Shown here one piece after another: positions 17,550-20,874 of a stretch of 20,874 nt of DNA (position 1 is its first letter; each line of letters starts with the position of its first letter). The translations under genes were made by a program, and so were the position numbers. Below the pieces are notes generated by a model, which saw only the letters and a program-made list of their open reading frames with translations, did not search any database and had not been told where the DNA came from. The stretch lies in NCBI GenBank assembly GCA_043228905.1, contig JBHGNT010000554.1, positions 1-20,874 on the forward strand, given 5' to 3'. Source of the stretch: Azolla caroliniana (Eukaryota > Plantae > Polypodiophyta).

Positions 17550-17924
17550 CATAATTACTAAATAAAAAACATGCACATGTCGATTAATTAGTGTGAAAAA
17601 GTTACATAGAGGAAAGTAGCTCTTGGTGAATGCAACAAGGAGAGAATGAGGACTAAAAGGTAGCCCCAAAGTTGGGGCACTCAAAGGTCCCTTTTACATG
17701 AGAGCTCTTTCCTTTTTAAGCAATTTGTTAAAACCCTAAAGGTCCCTTCTGCAATACAAGCCCAACCATTAACTATTCCTAAGTAACAAAGGGTATTTTC
17801 CCACAAATTACAATATCCCATGTTTTTTACAAACATTTGGCCTATGACTATATTTTCGATCGAAAGTACTAAGCCTTACACTAGGGTTGTTAAATCTAAA
17901 CAATATGACATTATTTCCCTAGAC
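17550..17924. repeat. Dispersed repeat copy B (solo-LTR-like), homologous to 13830-14209
   Basis: Same collinear blocks and orientation as copy A; ends attatttccctagaca. Confidence 0.75.
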
Positions 17925-18009
17925 AATAAGAGATAAAAGAAGAATATGTATCTAGTGTTTGACTGAGTCAATGTTCAAAGAGACTATCTGAGGAGGTCAT
18001 CACAAGCAT

Positions 18010-18260
18010 GTCAATGTGAAGCAAGATGCTCACTGTCCCTTACCCTCTTCAAACTCTAGGTTGACAATATCGTGAACTACATCATACATGGAGGCATTAA
18101 GGGAATCACCATGTAGGTACACCCTCCACAATCTTATGTACTTTGATGACATAATCTTGGTATGTGAATCTCATGTAGGTTGACAAGATCATCTCAATGC
18201 CCTAGATGGTTCTTGTGGAGAAAAGGGGCTCACAATTATAAACCTATCAAATTCCAATGG
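18010..18260 (+). pseudogene. Degraded non-LTR (RTE-like) RT fragment
   Basis: gtgaagcaagatgctcactgtcccct-accctcttc (a frameshifted VKQGCxLSPTLF-like motif) followed by LMYFDDIILV (YxDD). Confidence 0.55.
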
Positions 18261-19072
18261 CATGAATGTCAAACATGGATTCCTACATGTTTGTTGGCAT
18301 AATATTTACAAGTGTAACTAGGTTCGTTCTATGACCCAAGTCATTAGCAATCAATTCGCTCAATGATATACAACTCTAGCCATGATAGAATGGCATTGCA
18401 CCTAGGTACACTACCAAGGTCACCTCTTTGCTCAACCATACCAAACCATTAAGTTAGAATATAGTTAAACACTTTGGTTTGGTTCTAAAACAAGGGTTTA
18501 TTGATTTATCGGATTATGAATCTAACGGTTTATTAGTTTTCAATTTAAGTGGCTCACTGAGTTTAATGGTTTTCAGGCTCAGTTTAATGGCTTTTTGGCT
18601 TTTGTTGAACATTTTTTGTTTCCCTATTTTTTCAGCATTTTCCAAGTTTCCTTGTGTGTAACCCCCTAAGCCCTTCCTCTCCCTACAATGTAATAATCGA
18701 TTCAACGAGATTTGGTTCATTGACTTAGATATGTAATATTACCTTATGGTATCCAAGTTTCATGACGTGCTTATATATACCTTCATAATTAAGAGCCATA
18801 GTTGATTGTAAGGTTCTATTTATTGCAGTGATAACATTGCTTTACGGTATCCATGTTTCATGAAGTCCTTATATCTCCATAATCACATCTATAGCATGAA
18901 AGTTTATAAGAATGATTGTACCCACATGAGAGGCACATTTGTGCGTATCATTATTGAAAAGGTTTTATGCATAGATGATCAAATGTACAGGAAATTATCA
19001 GTCCGCATATCGGTTATATATAAAATATTTACAAATAGATAGGCTACTAAAACACCATGAATACAATGTAAG

Positions 19073-20620
19073 TTATGTGCAAAGTTGAGTGCATAGACTT
19101 TCTAAGTATGAGTCTGATTGAGTAGCTGTTGTTGAGCTGGTGTGATTGTTAGTCACGCATGTCATTACCAAGTTGTCCCCAGTTATCTCAGTCTGTGATC
19201 CAAGAAAGAGAGAGATCAGTATAATTCGAATCGAAAGACTAGTACATGCTAGGGCATGAACGACTACCCATGCTTCTCTAGACTATGACGAAATAGATCC
19301 TAGGGCTACCAAACATATTAGCCTATCGTGATAATTCTTATATAAAACTAAAACATGCTATACCACAGGATACTATTGGGATAATTGATTGACACTAAAT
19401 GTGGTAATTAACAATTCATGAGCAAAAAATCTTACAAGGCAAGTCGTATTAACATTGTTACAATTCCATTTTGATGAAGGCACACAATCCAAGTAATGAC
19501 ACCATGAGCACTTCTCATTTCCATCCACTCCTCGGAAGACCAGTATCATAGCAACCACAAAACTGCACATAAACAAGACAGACCAATACGTCAATCAGAT
19601 TATCATGCCCTAACAGCATAAAAGAAATTAAGAAAGAAACATTGGACAAGTAGGGTTATCATACCCTAACTTAGCGAACTCCTAACAAAAGTATTTGAAG
19701 AGAATTTAGATACATAGATTAAGCTTACCCCACGATTAGAATGAGCAAGGACACCGAAAACAAAATATATTGATATAATTTATGCTTTTGTCTCGGAGAT
19801 TGCACTTCATAGCCAGTGGGAATGTATGCTCGATTCACCCAACCAAACTGGGGCCTTAAAAGCAACACAAAACCCACTAGAAAGCCCACGATAAAACCAC
19901 CGATATGAGCAAAATTGTCGACATAAGGTAGAATTCCCACAGCCAAATTCAATACCACAACCACCACCAGTGTTATGAGAGCTCCACACTAAACCCCAAA
20001 ACAAATCAATTATTACTGAAGGTTTCTCAAGTTAGATTAGTAATGACTTTCATACCTTTGTTTAAGAGGTTACGTTAATAATGACGAATTTCAAAAGTTA
20101 AACTAATCCTGATTTTCTTTTTAGAAACTTAGATTGACAATATATACCTTGTTAGAATAGATTGTCCAATTTGTAATTAGTTCCGATAACAGCCCTCCCA
20201 TTAATCCGAAAACAGCTCCTGATGCTCCAACAGAGATCCTCGACTGCAGAAACAACGCCGATAACAAACTACCGCCAAATCCTGATACCAAGTAGAGAGC
20301 TCCCACTTTCACTGCATAAATTACGGTCAGCTTACATTTAGATGGAAATGGTATATAAATTATTATGCGTTGATTAGACTCTTAAGAGAATCTAGTATCA
20401 TAAATGCATTAACATTGTAAACAGTATCTAAATTGGATTGGGGAAGAGATTCTTACACAATCCAAACTCTTGTTCTAGCTTGATACCAATGAAGAGTAAA
20501 CTCAACATGTTAGCAAGTATATGGAAAACACCCGCATGTAACCAAATGCAAGTGATAAGGCGCCATCCTTGATTATCATGCACCACCTTGGCTGCGTCAA
20601 GAGCCCCTAGTTGCAACAGT
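19073..20620 (-). CDS. Plant rhomboid-like serine protease (RBL1-like), last five exons; 5' part outside the window: complement(join(19073..19192,19436..19562,19729..19988,20148..20311,20457..20620))
   Basis: [31 protein letters not shown] (catalytic Ser), [10 protein letters not shown] (catalytic His), [17 protein letters not shown] and a C-terminal LCTQLCT*; GT-AG introns in consistent phase. Confidence 0.95.
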
Positions 20621-20874
20621 CTGGTCCATAAAACGCTTGATTAGGAGTTCATAAATAGAGAGAGTCTAAATGAATATATGAACACAAGTCAGGATTACAA
20701 CAGTAAGCATGCGTTGTTTTGGAAAATATAAGAAATGGGTTTCCATGGTTTTATGCAACATTCTTCGTGCCAAAATGCATCGTTTATGCTGTCTCTACAA
20801 ACTTTCTTCAAAAAACATGCATCTTATGCTTTACTCTGTGTTAAAACTTCGCTTTCAGATGCGTCACTAATGCT

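Overview
Eukaryotic, AT-rich, repeat-laden land-plant DNA (a non-seed plant such as a moss is my guess, not proven). The centrepiece is an apparently intact 9,278-bp DNA transposon (3837-13114) with 36-bp terminal inverted repeats (1 mismatch) and a 4-bp AGTT target-site duplication, inserted in an LTR-like sequence. It carries two divergent genes: (i) an intronless 926-aa Sola-like/DUF7869-type DDD transposase and (ii) a six-exon gene, which I reconstruct as 974 aa, fusing a ParB/Srx-like domain to a complete prokaryote-type beta-class N6A/N4C DNA amino-methyltransferase. The predicted first intron of the second gene holds an array of 11 near-perfect palindromes (43-bp palindrome plus 8-bp spacer, 51-bp period) with nested higher-order symmetry, reminiscent of a parS-like binding array. 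Flanks contain LINE RT remnants, a decayed 26S rRNA fragment, a hAT-type MITE with 8-bp TSD, LTR-like fragments, simple repeats, and the 3' five exons of a plant rhomboid-like protease gene on the minus strand.
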